Shown here: positions 49,172 to 57,769 of the stretch, piece after piece
How the letters are laid out: the number at the start of each line of letters is the position of its first letter
Numbering within the stretch: position 1 is the stretch's first letter
Assembly (NCBI GenBank): GCA_003584865.1
Contig: QVQE01000108.1
Location: forward strand, 1 to 62,676
DNA: 62,676 nt
Source: Methylococcales bacterium
GTDB lineage: Bacteria; Pseudomonadota; Gammaproteobacteria; Methylococcales; Methylomonadaceae
Reading direction: 5' to 3'
The notes under the pieces: model-generated
Databases searched by the model: none
What the model saw: the letters and a program-made list of their open reading frames with translations, nothing else
Told to the model about the DNA's origin: nothing
Made by a program: the position numbers and the translations under genes

Positions 49172-51964
49172 TTGATCGTGAAAAAGCAATCTCAACACTA
49201 TATCGTTGGTATAGATTTAGGCACTACTCATACTGTAGTCGCCTATGCCAGCGCCGAAAAAAATAATCAAACCATCGATTTATTAGCTATTGAACAACTG
49301 GTTGCACCTGGACAGGTCGCCGCCAGACCTTTATTACCGTCGGTACGTTATCATCCCGCTCCCGGTGAGCTTTCTGAGGCCGACTTAGCGTTTCCCAGTT
49401 ACAACGCAGACTCCCCGTTATCTGATGCTGTTGTGGTGATAGGTGAAGCGGCTCGTCTATTAGGTGCTAAATCGAAAGGCCGCTTTGTCACCAGTGCTAA
49501 AAGCTGGTTATCACACCCTTCTGTTGATCACAGTGCAGACATCCTGCCTTGGGGTAGTCATGAAGAAGTCAGTAAAGTGTCACCGATTGATGCCAGTGCC
49601 AGTTATCTGGCTCATATCCGCACAGTCTGGAGACATAAATTTCCTGATGCCCCACTAGAAGATCAGGATGTGGTGATTACCGTCCCGGCATCCTTTGATG
49701 AAGCCGCCCGTTCGCTAACTTTAGAAGCCGCTAAAATCGCAGGTTTAAATGAAGTAAGATTATTAGAAGAACCTCAGGCGGTTTGTTACGACTGGTTACG
49801 GCTTAATTCGGCAGGCTTAAAAGAAGCTTTAACCGATGTGCATTTATTATTGGTCTGTGATGTCGGTGGGGGCACAACAGATTTAACACTGATTAAAGTC
49901 GAAGCCGGAGAATACGAACCTAAATTAACCCGTATCGGTGTCGGTGATCATTTGATGCTTGGCGGGGATAATATAGACCTGGCTTTAGCGCATTTGGTTG
50001 AAACTCGTTTGAGTGATAATGGAAAGCGACTATCTGCCGCAGACCTCTCACAATTATTAGAACAATGCCGTTTGGCCAAAGAACAACTCTTGGCAGAAGA
50101 TGCACCCGAACAACTGGCTGTTACCCTGTTGGGTGGTGGCTCTAAATTGATTGGCAGCTCTCGTTCGGTGCAACTAACCCGGGATGAAGTGCGAGCACTG
50201 GCTCTGGATGGCTTTTTTCCTTTATCTTCGCTGGATGAATTACCCGATAGAAAGCGCAGTGGCGTGGTCGAGTTTGGGCTTCCTTATGCCGCAGAACCGG
50301 CTATCAGTAAACATATCGCCGCATTCTTAAAGCTCCATGAAACGGCTTCAGCCGAAGCGTTAAAAGGTCAGGGCAGAGTGCCCGATGCGCTGTTATTGAA
50401 TGGCGGTGTGTTTAGAAGTCAGCCGATTACCCGGCGCTTAATAAAGCTGCTTAACTCCTGGAGTACCCGATCTCCTAAACTATTAGAAAATAAACACCCT
50501 GAACTTTCAGTCGCTTATGGTGCGGTCAGTTATGCGATGGCGCGACGTGACAAGAAACTAAAGATTGGTGGCGGTGCGGCTAGAAGTTATTTTCTGTTAG
50601 TGGATACTGAACACTCTACCGAACAACAAGGTATTTGTATTTTGCCTAGAGGCAGTGAAGAAGGTGATGAAGTCATTCTAAAAGACCGTCATTTTGCTTT
50701 GCGTTTAGGGGTGCCGGTGCGTTTTCATTTGGCATCAACCACAGGCGATACTGAATACAAGCCGGGGGATATCACGGATATAACCGATCATTTTTATTCT
50801 TTGCCCCCTTTAGCCGTCGCTTTTGAAGGTGATCCAACCCGACCCAATGCCGAAGCGGTGGTACAACTGTCGGTTACCCAAACCGAAGTCGGTACGCTTA
50901 AGATTCAATGTGTAGCGATAGAGAACAGTGCGCAACGTTGGAATGTTGAGTTTCAGATACGTAAGAAAAGAGGCAGTTCTGGGCAAGGTGTTTCCAACGC
51001 CTTACCGGCTCAATTTGAGGGTGCAGTAGAAAGAATACAGGCCGTTTATGGCTCAAAGTCCAGGCAAATTGATCCGAATGCTGTTAAGAATCTTCGGGCA
51101 GAGTTAGAGAAGCAATTAGGCAGTGCCCGTTCAGAATGGGAAACCCCGTTACTGAGAGCCTTGTTTACCACCTTGTTAGAAAGTGCTAAATATCATCGCC
51201 GTTCTGAGCATCATGAGCGGGTCTGGTTGAGTTTAGTGGGGTTCTGTTTGCGTCCAGGCTTTGGTTATCCTTTGGATGACTGGCGGGTTGAGCAACTCTG
51301 GAAACACTATTCACAAAACATCCAGTTTGTGAATGAAACCCAGAACTGGACAGAATGGTGGACATTATGGCGCCGTATTGCCGGTGGTTTATCACCGGCT
51401 GCACAAGAGCAAATCTTTGCGGATATTTCAAAGTATCTGAATCCCGCTGCTGCCAGACAACCCGGCGTTGCCAAGCAAATCAAAAGTCGGGGTTATGATG
51501 ACATAGTGCGTCTGGCCGCGGTGCTGGAAAGGTTGCCAGTTGACAAGAAAATTCAATTAGGTGACTGGTTATTAAAGCGCCTGGAAAAGTCCAGTGAACC
51601 CACTCAGACCTGGTGGGCTGTGGGTCGAATTGGCGCACGCTTACCGTTTCATGGCAGCCGTCATAATGTGATTCCAGCCGAAACGGTCAGTCGATGGTTA
51701 AAGCAGATTATTGCTGAAGACTGGAAGAAGAATTTACATGCCGCCTTTGCAGCCACCTTGATTGCCCGAATGAGTGGGGATCGTGTGCAGGATATTGATG
51801 ACGCATTGCGTGAACAGATCATTGCCAAGTTAAAGTTGAGCAAAGCGCCTTTATCCTGGATAGAAATGGTGGAACACTTCAAAGAACTGGATGAGAAAGA
51901 AGAAAAGCAAATGTTTGGCGAAGCTTTACCGCCCGGCTTAAAGCTAATCAATATTAATAACTAG
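49172..51964 (+). CDS. Atypical Hsp70-family protein with a large C-terminal domain (DUF3731-like)
   Basis: VGIDLGTT, VITVPASF, LEEPQA, DVGGGTTD, LGGDNID; C-terminal Trp-rich helical region (LRPGFGYPLDDWR, WWTLWRRIAGGL, FGEALPPGL). Confidence 0.85.
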   Translation: MIVKKQSQHYIVGIDLGTTHTVVAYASAEKNNQTIDLLAIEQLVAPGQVAARPLLPSVRYHPAPGELSEADLAFPSYNADSPLSDAVVVIGEAARLLGAKSKGRFVTSAKSWLSHPSVDHSADILPWGSHEEVSKVSPIDASASYLAHIRTVWRHKFPDAPLEDQDVVITVPASFDEAARSLTLEAAKIAGLNEVRLLEEPQAVCYDWLRLNSAGLKEALTDVHLLLVCDVGGGTTDLTLIKVEAGEYEPKLTRIGVGDHLMLGGDNIDLALAHLVETRLSDNGKRLSAADLSQLLEQCRLAKEQLLAEDAPEQLAVTLLGGGSKLIGSSRSVQLTRDEVRALALDGFFPLSSLDELPDRKRSGVVEFGLPYAAEPAISKHIAAFLKLHETASAEALKGQGRVPDALLLNGGVFRSQPITRRLIKLLNSWSTRSPKLLENKHPELSVAYGAVSYAMARRDKKLKIGGGAARSYFLLVDTEHSTEQQGICILPRGSEEGDEVILKDRHFALRLGVPVRFHLASTTGDTEYKPGDITDITDHFYSLPPLAVAFEGDPTRPNAEAVVQLSVTQTEVGTLKIQCVAIENSAQRWNVEFQIRKKRGSSGQGVSNALPAQFEGAVERIQAVYGSKSRQIDPNAVKNLRAELEKQLGSARSEWETPLLRALFTTLLESAKYHRRSEHHERVWLSLVGFCLRPGFGYPLDDWRVEQLWKHYSQNIQFVNETQNWTEWWTLWRRIAGGLSPAAQEQIFADISKYLNPAAARQPGVAKQIKSRGYDDIVRLAAVLERLPVDKKIQLGDWLLKRLEKSSEPTQTWWAVGRIGARLPFHGSRHNVIPAETVSRWLKQIIAEDWKKNLHAAFAATLIARMSGDRVQDIDDALREQIIAKLKLSKAPLSWIEMVEHFKELDEKEEKQMFGEALPPGLKLININN

Positions 51965-52010
51965 GCCAGCGTTGTCGGGTGCAGTTCATTTATAAGCAAA
52001 CGGTTACGTT

Positions 52011-54341
52011 ATGAAAGTCATTCTGACCGAAAAGCCTTCGGTCGCGCGTGATATTGCAAAATGTTTAAACATCAATAGCAAGCGTGATGGCTTTTTTGAA
52101 GGCAATGGCTATCAGATTACCTGGGCGTTTGGGCATCTGGTTGAGTTAAAAGAACCGGATGAATATCATCCCGAATGGAAGCGCTGGTCGTTGGATGTGC
52201 TGCCCATTATCCCTGAGTCATTCGCTTTGAAAGCTAGGGGTGATGAATCGGCACAAAAACAGTTAAATACCATTAAGCGCCTGTTTCTAGCAGCGGATGA
52301 ATTAATCTGTGCGACCGATGCGGGGCGAGAAGGTGAATTAATCTTCCGGTATATTCTGAGCTGGACGGAGTGTGGTCAAAAGCCTTTTAAGCGCTTATGG
52401 ATTAGCTCCTTAACGGATGAGGCGATTCGTACCGGCTTTGCCCAGTTACAGGACGGTCGTGTCTACGAAGGTTTGTATCGGGCGGCTAAATGTCGCAGTG
52501 AATCCGATTGGATAGTGGGTTTGAATGCGACGCGCTTGTATACGCTTAAGTATGGTCAGCAAGGCAGTTTGTGGACGATTGGGCGAGTACAAACGCCGGT
52601 GCTGGCTCTGATTGTGCAAAAAGATCTTGAAATTGCCAAGTTTATACCCAAAGACTTTTGGGAACTGCATACCCTTTATCGAGCGGTTGATTTTCAGTAT
52701 GTCGGAGGCCGCTTTGAACACAAACCGGATGCCGAAGCCTTATTACAGCAGATTGAAACGCATGAATTTGAGATAAGCTCAGTTAAAGGCAAACGTGAGC
52801 AGGTTAATCCCCCGTTGCTGTATGATTTAACCGAGTTACAAAAGGACATGAGTATCCGGTATGGCTTTACAGCCGATCAAACACTCAACCTGACTCAGCA
52901 ACTTTATGAAAAGAAGCATGTGACCTATCCCAGAACGGATAGCCGTTACCTGACTAATGATATGAAGCCCAGTATGAAGCCCTTACTGGAAAAGTTAAAA
53001 CGCTCGTTTAGTACCCAGATTGCTGCAGTTGATCTGGATAAGCTTTCGTTTAGCAGCCGGAATTTTAATGATGCTAAAGTGAGTGATCACCATGCGATTA
53101 TTCCAACGACGACCTTACCGAATACGTTAGCGCCTGACGAGGCTAAGGTCTATGACGCGATTGCGATTCGGTTTATTGCCCTGTTTTATCCACCCTGTAT
53201 CAAGCAGATTACCACGGTATTGGGACAGGTGCAGTCGGTCAAGTTTAAAACTACAGGCACGGTGATTTTAGAACAGGGCTGGCAGGTGCTGTATAAAAAT
53301 GATCAAACCGGGCAGGCGGCTAAAGGGGATGAAGTAAAGCTATTGCCGTCTTTTGTAGAAGGTGAAACAGGGCCGCAGCAACCGCAATTAAATCAGGGGA
53401 AAACCACCGCACCTAAGGCGTATAACGAAGCCAGTCTGTTAAGCATGATGGAGTCAGCGGGCAAAACCTGTGAGGATGAGGCGCTTAAAGAAGCGTTAAA
53501 AGAAAAAGGCTTAGGCACACCAGCCACCCGCGCTTCGATTATTGAGGTGTTGATAAAACGAAAGTATATTCAGCGTCAAAAGAAGCTGTTACTCAGTACA
53601 GAAGCCGGTCGGCATTTAATCTCAATTATTGCTGATGATCGGCTAAAGTCGGCGGCCATGACGGGTGAGTGGGAAGCCAAACTAAAAAAGATTGAACATA
53701 ACAGCTATGATCCTGAGCAGTTTATGGCTGAGATTATTCAGTTTACCCAGCAGTTAAAAGAAGCGTCGGACAAACCATTGTATGATCAAAGCCAATACGG
53801 TGAATGTCCACGTTGTCAGCATCCGGTTATTGAAGGTCGGCAGGGTTATGGCTGTAGTCAATGGAAAGCGGGCTGTCAGTTTGTACTGTGGAAGCAGGTG
53901 TTCGGGATAACGATTGAGCAGGATATGGCAAGTCAGTTGCTGCAACTGGGGCGCACACTAAAGGCTTATCCACTTAAAATCGATGACGATAGTTTTATGG
54001 GGCAATTGACCCTGAATGCCTTGGGTGAAATGGGTTATAACAAGTTGCAAAATCAGTCGGTACAGTCTGCAATTCAGGCGCTGGCTGATTGTCCTTTATG
54101 TGCGGGCAAGATTGTAGAAACGCCTAAAGCCTATAGCTGTAGCGAATGGCGGAATGGTTGCAAGATGACGATCTGGAAAACCATTGCCCATAAAAATATA
54201 ACACCCTCAATGGCCAAGAAGTTACTAAGCAAGGGCGAGACTGGACTTTTAAAAGGTTTTAAATCCGCTAAAGGCTCAGAGTTTGAAGCGAATTTAAAGC
54301 TGGTGAATGGCAAGGTAGAAATGGATTTTACGGTTCACTGA
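52011..54341 (+). CDS. topB: Type IA DNA topoisomerase III with C-terminal zinc-ribbon repeats
   Basis: TEKPSVARDIA, TWAFGHL, ATDAGREGELI, GRVQTP, catalytic TYPRTDS, DHHAIIPT, GLGTPATR, CPRC and CPLC repeats. Confidence 0.9.
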   Translation: MKVILTEKPSVARDIAKCLNINSKRDGFFEGNGYQITWAFGHLVELKEPDEYHPEWKRWSLDVLPIIPESFALKARGDESAQKQLNTIKRLFLAADELICATDAGREGELIFRYILSWTECGQKPFKRLWISSLTDEAIRTGFAQLQDGRVYEGLYRAAKCRSESDWIVGLNATRLYTLKYGQQGSLWTIGRVQTPVLALIVQKDLEIAKFIPKDFWELHTLYRAVDFQYVGGRFEHKPDAEALLQQIETHEFEISSVKGKREQVNPPLLYDLTELQKDMSIRYGFTADQTLNLTQQLYEKKHVTYPRTDSRYLTNDMKPSMKPLLEKLKRSFSTQIAAVDLDKLSFSSRNFNDAKVSDHHAIIPTTTLPNTLAPDEAKVYDAIAIRFIALFYPPCIKQITTVLGQVQSVKFKTTGTVILEQGWQVLYKNDQTGQAAKGDEVKLLPSFVEGETGPQQPQLNQGKTTAPKAYNEASLLSMMESAGKTCEDEALKEALKEKGLGTPATRASIIEVLIKRKYIQRQKKLLLSTEAGRHLISIIADDRLKSAAMTGEWEAKLKKIEHNSYDPEQFMAEIIQFTQQLKEASDKPLYDQSQYGECPRCQHPVIEGRQGYGCSQWKAGCQFVLWKQVFGITIEQDMASQLLQLGRTLKAYPLKIDDDSFMGQLTLNALGEMGYNKLQNQSVQSAIQALADCPLCAGKIVETPKAYSCSEWRNGCKMTIWKTIAHKNITPSMAKKLLSKGETGLLKGFKSAKGSEFEANLKLVNGKVEMDFTVH

Positions 54342-54412
54342 TGTTTTCATTGGGTGCTTAGACCAAAGTAACCGATAATATTATTAACGTACACAACGAG
54401 TGAGATAAATAA

Positions 54413-54850
54413 ATGAGCAATGTTTTCAGCTTTACCGGAACTGTGGGCAGAGATGCCGAAGTGAGATATGCACCCTCTGGCGTCGCGATACTTAACGTGA
54501 CAGTCGCTAACAATATCGGCTTTGGTGACAAGCAACAAACCTTATGGATTCGGGTGGTTGTATTTGGCAAACGCGCCGAAGGTCAATTACAAAACTACCT
54601 TAAGAAAGGTCAGCAAGTCTTTGTTTCTGGTGAATTAAGTCAAAGTGAATATAAAGCCAATGACGGTACGACTAAAACCAGCCTGGAGCTTAATGCCACG
54701 ATTATCGATTTAATCGGCAAACGAAATGAAGCCAGTCAGCCCCAACAAAACTATCAGCAACCCAGTGGTAGAGAACAAGCACCTGCAAGGCAATCACCCC
54801 CGGTTCATGATAGCTTTGATGTGCCTTATGATGATGATATTCCTTTTTGA
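54413..54850 (+). CDS. ssb: Single-stranded DNA-binding protein
   Basis: OB fold (GRDAEVRY, LKKGQQVFVSGEL), Q/P-rich linker, acidic tail DDDIPF. Confidence 0.92.
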   Translation: MSNVFSFTGTVGRDAEVRYAPSGVAILNVTVANNIGFGDKQQTLWIRVVVFGKRAEGQLQNYLKKGQQVFVSGELSQSEYKANDGTTKTSLELNATIIDLIGKRNEASQPQQNYQQPSGREQAPARQSPPVHDSFDVPYDDDIPF

Positions 54851-54902
54851 TGTCATAATCTGAGCTAATAACACCACCTAACTTTTAACATAGGCTTTTT
54901 TT

Positions 54903-55229
54903 ATGTACCTGGGTATGACAGAAGATGAATTTCGAAGTGTATACGACGAAACCCCTAAAATAGTTGGGAAAAGGGTAGGTGGTTGTGAAGAAAATTTAAC
55001 CGAAAGTGAGTTGCTTGATTTTATCAAGAAAAAAGATGCCACTGCCTTCGCGATCATGGATGAGTTTAGATCAACCTACAAAGCCTGGTGGGATTTAAGC
55101 AAGACCTTCTCACCCGATAATGAACAAAAAGAATTCATCGTGACCAAGAGTCATCTTGAGCAACTGATACTTAAAAGAGATGAAATAAGAAAAGTACTGG
55201 CTAGTTATTTGAATTATAAATATGGCTAA
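54903..55229 (+). CDS. Hypothetical protein
   Basis: 108-aa ATG ORF after ssb; no recognised motif. Confidence 0.55.
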   Translation: MYLGMTEDEFRSVYDETPKIVGKRVGGCEENLTESELLDFIKKKDATAFAIMDEFRSTYKAWWDLSKTFSPDNEQKEFIVTKSHLEQLILKRDEIRKVLASYLNYKYG

Positions 55230-55303
55230 TATAAAAAACTATAAAAAATTACCGTGTCACTGGTAATGGGGGAGGGGAACTTCCTGAATACACATTAAAT
55301 ATC

Positions 55304-57769
55304 TTAAATCGGGTATTTATGGAATCTATATTGTCTTCCTCGTTCGTTAATAGTAGCGAGGAGACTTAAGGCGTCCATATCAGTTGAACCATTCTCACGT
55401 AACACCGCATAAAGTTGATAAAATTCTGTACTTAGATCGTTTGAAAAGATACCTGGGTCATCTGATCCCATTGATACCATAATATCTGGGTCATTTTCTT
55501 TGGTGTAGTTAGGTGCTTTCATCCAACGTAATGAGTGATGTTCACGATGGTGTTGGTATTGGCTAATTCGCACATTACTGGTAGGTAATGTTTCGATAAT
55601 CACTCTACGTTCTTTTACATCCCTCATGGCACATTGTTGGAGCCGAATGAGGGTTTCTTCATCAAGGTAATTTGCATCAACTTCAATCTGTTCCTCACTT
55701 CGTTGCCAAAGTTTGCGATCTCTCCACCAGTCAGCTAATAATTTTAAATCGGCACCCTTCTTTTTAGCTGAATCAACAAGCCTAGCTTCTTCTCGCCATG
55801 CATCATTCAGTGATGCCGATTGCCAATGCCAAGCAGTGCCTTGATCGATAGATGCAAAAACAAATTTTGGTAATAAGCCTTTATTTTGCATTAGCAAATC
55901 AAGGGTTTCACAACTAATAGCTTTTGCAAAAATAATAGTCGCTAATCGAGATATTTCACTAACTAATTTTTGGGTAGCAAATTGACTATGAGGACAATGA
56001 CGAAGATAACGCCAAGCCCCTAGTAGATCCAGCATCCACTCCCCTTGGTGAACTACTAATTTACTTGGCATAGTAGTTAGCCATAATTTAGGATCAATGC
56101 CAAGGGCCGTACCGTGTCCTATACGATCGCCATCTTTAATATCTAATAATTCCAGTGCATCAGCCACATGTCTGATTCCGCTAATAAGATGCGTAAAGTC
56201 TTCACCTACATGATAGGTTTTATGAGTCAGGCCTTGTCGATGGCATACTCGAAAAAATGGGGCAAACACTTCTGGTGGGGTATGTAATTCATTTGCGGCG
56301 GCATCAATGCCACACACCCAATGACGAAGCTTTGGCCAACGTTTCAATGTTTGGCATAGTGCATCGGTTTGTATTTTCAGAGTTTGTCGTAAATTGGAAT
56401 GTCGATAGCTATCTTTTTTATTGTTTTCGCTGCAAGGTTGCTTGATAAAGTGCGCAACTAGCGTTAGCTTTAAACGTGACCGAGAATCCTGGGCATTTTG
56501 TTGAGACCGTTTATTCTCTAAAGCAGAGAGGATATCTGATAAATCGTGACTGTATCTAGAGGTTGTATTTTCTATTTGTAAGTAACGTAGATAATCACCC
56601 AAAATACCTTTAAGTAATTCACTATTGCTTATAACATTATTTTTTGGGGCAAAGCGACCTTCAACCCAACCTGCGCGACTTCGTTCTTTTACCGCCCCTC
56701 CCATTTGTCTGAAGCGATATCGATACATCTTTTCCGCAGATGTCCGAATATCTGTCTTAGTGTATTTTTGGAACTGATCAAAACCGTACATATCTTGTCT
56801 CTGTACACTTAGTTGTAAATATTGATTCTGAATTAAGAGATAAAGATGTAAAAGTCGGTCAGCTAATGGGTTAGGAACTTCGGTTAGATCACGAAGTAAT
56901 TTTACTAACCAAGCCATTTCTGCAGGGATGGCTTGGTTTTCTAAATCATTAAATCGTCGGTCATTACAGAAAGGTGAACCTTGGGAAAGTAACTGCTGGG
57001 CGTTATTGGGTGCTGAATTGTCAGATTTTTTATAAAAAGACTCGGCTCTACCATCAGTAATAGCAATTAACCAACTTCTTAAATGACTTGCAAGACGTAA
57101 ATGTTCATAAAGCAGTGTTGGATTTAGTAATAGATTGATACTGTGAAATAACTCACGAACGCTTGTGTCTTTTTTATATTGATTCGAAAAATTTAGTTGT
57201 TCTGCACGCGGGTTCAGTAATGCCCATTGCCAAAGCCATTCAGCGTGTGTGCTTCCATTAAGGTGCAAATGAGTTTCATGTAATCCTTCGCGAGTAATGT
57301 AATCTTCTACCGCCGGATCAAATGGATAAATTAAGGGGCAAAGCCCTTGATTATTGGGTGGTTTTAAATCGCCAAAGCAATTAGTTTCATCACTATGGGC
57401 ATAAGCTGATGCTTGTATTGGCATGCTTGAAATACGACTGAGCATTGATTGCCAATCTCCGAAAGTATTCATTACAGCATGTAGATTTCCATGTTGGAAT
57501 TTCAGATATCCTTTTACTAAAGCATTAAGAGTGGGGGCAACCCACTGCCCAGGTTTAGCATTGTATTGGTCACAAAGTAAGCGCCATCGAGATCGGAAAA
57601 TATGATCAGGATGCCTAGATTGCCAAGGATGATATGCTAAATAAATTGCTTCCTCCATTTCTACTTTTGAAATTTCTTTACGGAACGGGTGCCCTATCAA
57701 TAAATCCAATAAATGACTATTGGCAAGTAGAAAAGGAGGGATTGAGGTTGTAGTCGAAGGCTCAATCAT
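55304..57769 (-). CDS. rdrB: RADAR anti-phage system adenosine deaminase RdrB
   Basis: HETHLHLNGS, GFDQFQ, EGRFAPK, HFIK, GIDAAANE..TPPEVFAP, TYHVGEDF, RIGHG, ETLPTSNVRI, GSDDPGIF; overlaps rdrA by 8 bp. Confidence 0.9.
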   Translation of the reverse strand: MIEPSTTTSIPPFLLANSHLLDLLIGHPFRKEISKVEMEEAIYLAYHPWQSRHPDHIFRSRWRLLCDQYNAKPGQWVAPTLNALVKGYLKFQHGNLHAVMNTFGDWQSMLSRISSMPIQASAYAHSDETNCFGDLKPPNNQGLCPLIYPFDPAVEDYITREGLHETHLHLNGSTHAEWLWQWALLNPRAEQLNFSNQYKKDTSVRELFHSINLLLNPTLLYEHLRLASHLRSWLIAITDGRAESFYKKSDNSAPNNAQQLLSQGSPFCNDRRFNDLENQAIPAEMAWLVKLLRDLTEVPNPLADRLLHLYLLIQNQYLQLSVQRQDMYGFDQFQKYTKTDIRTSAEKMYRYRFRQMGGAVKERSRAGWVEGRFAPKNNVISNSELLKGILGDYLRYLQIENTTSRYSHDLSDILSALENKRSQQNAQDSRSRLKLTLVAHFIKQPCSENNKKDSYRHSNLRQTLKIQTDALCQTLKRWPKLRHWVCGIDAAANELHTPPEVFAPFFRVCHRQGLTHKTYHVGEDFTHLISGIRHVADALELLDIKDGDRIGHGTALGIDPKLWLTTMPSKLVVHQGEWMLDLLGAWRYLRHCPHSQFATQKLVSEISRLATIIFAKAISCETLDLLMQNKGLLPKFVFASIDQGTAWHWQSASLNDAWREEARLVDSAKKKGADLKLLADWWRDRKLWQRSEEQIEVDANYLDEETLIRLQQCAMRDVKERRVIIETLPTSNVRISQYQHHREHHSLRWMKAPNYTKENDPDIMVSMGSDDPGIFSNDLSTEFYQLYAVLRENGSTDMDALSLLATINERGRQYRFHKYPI

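Noticed and set aside
52011-54850. ICE, plasmid or prophage call based on topB and ssb
   Set aside because: No integrase, relaxase, type IV secretion, partition or phage structural genes, and no att repeats were seen.
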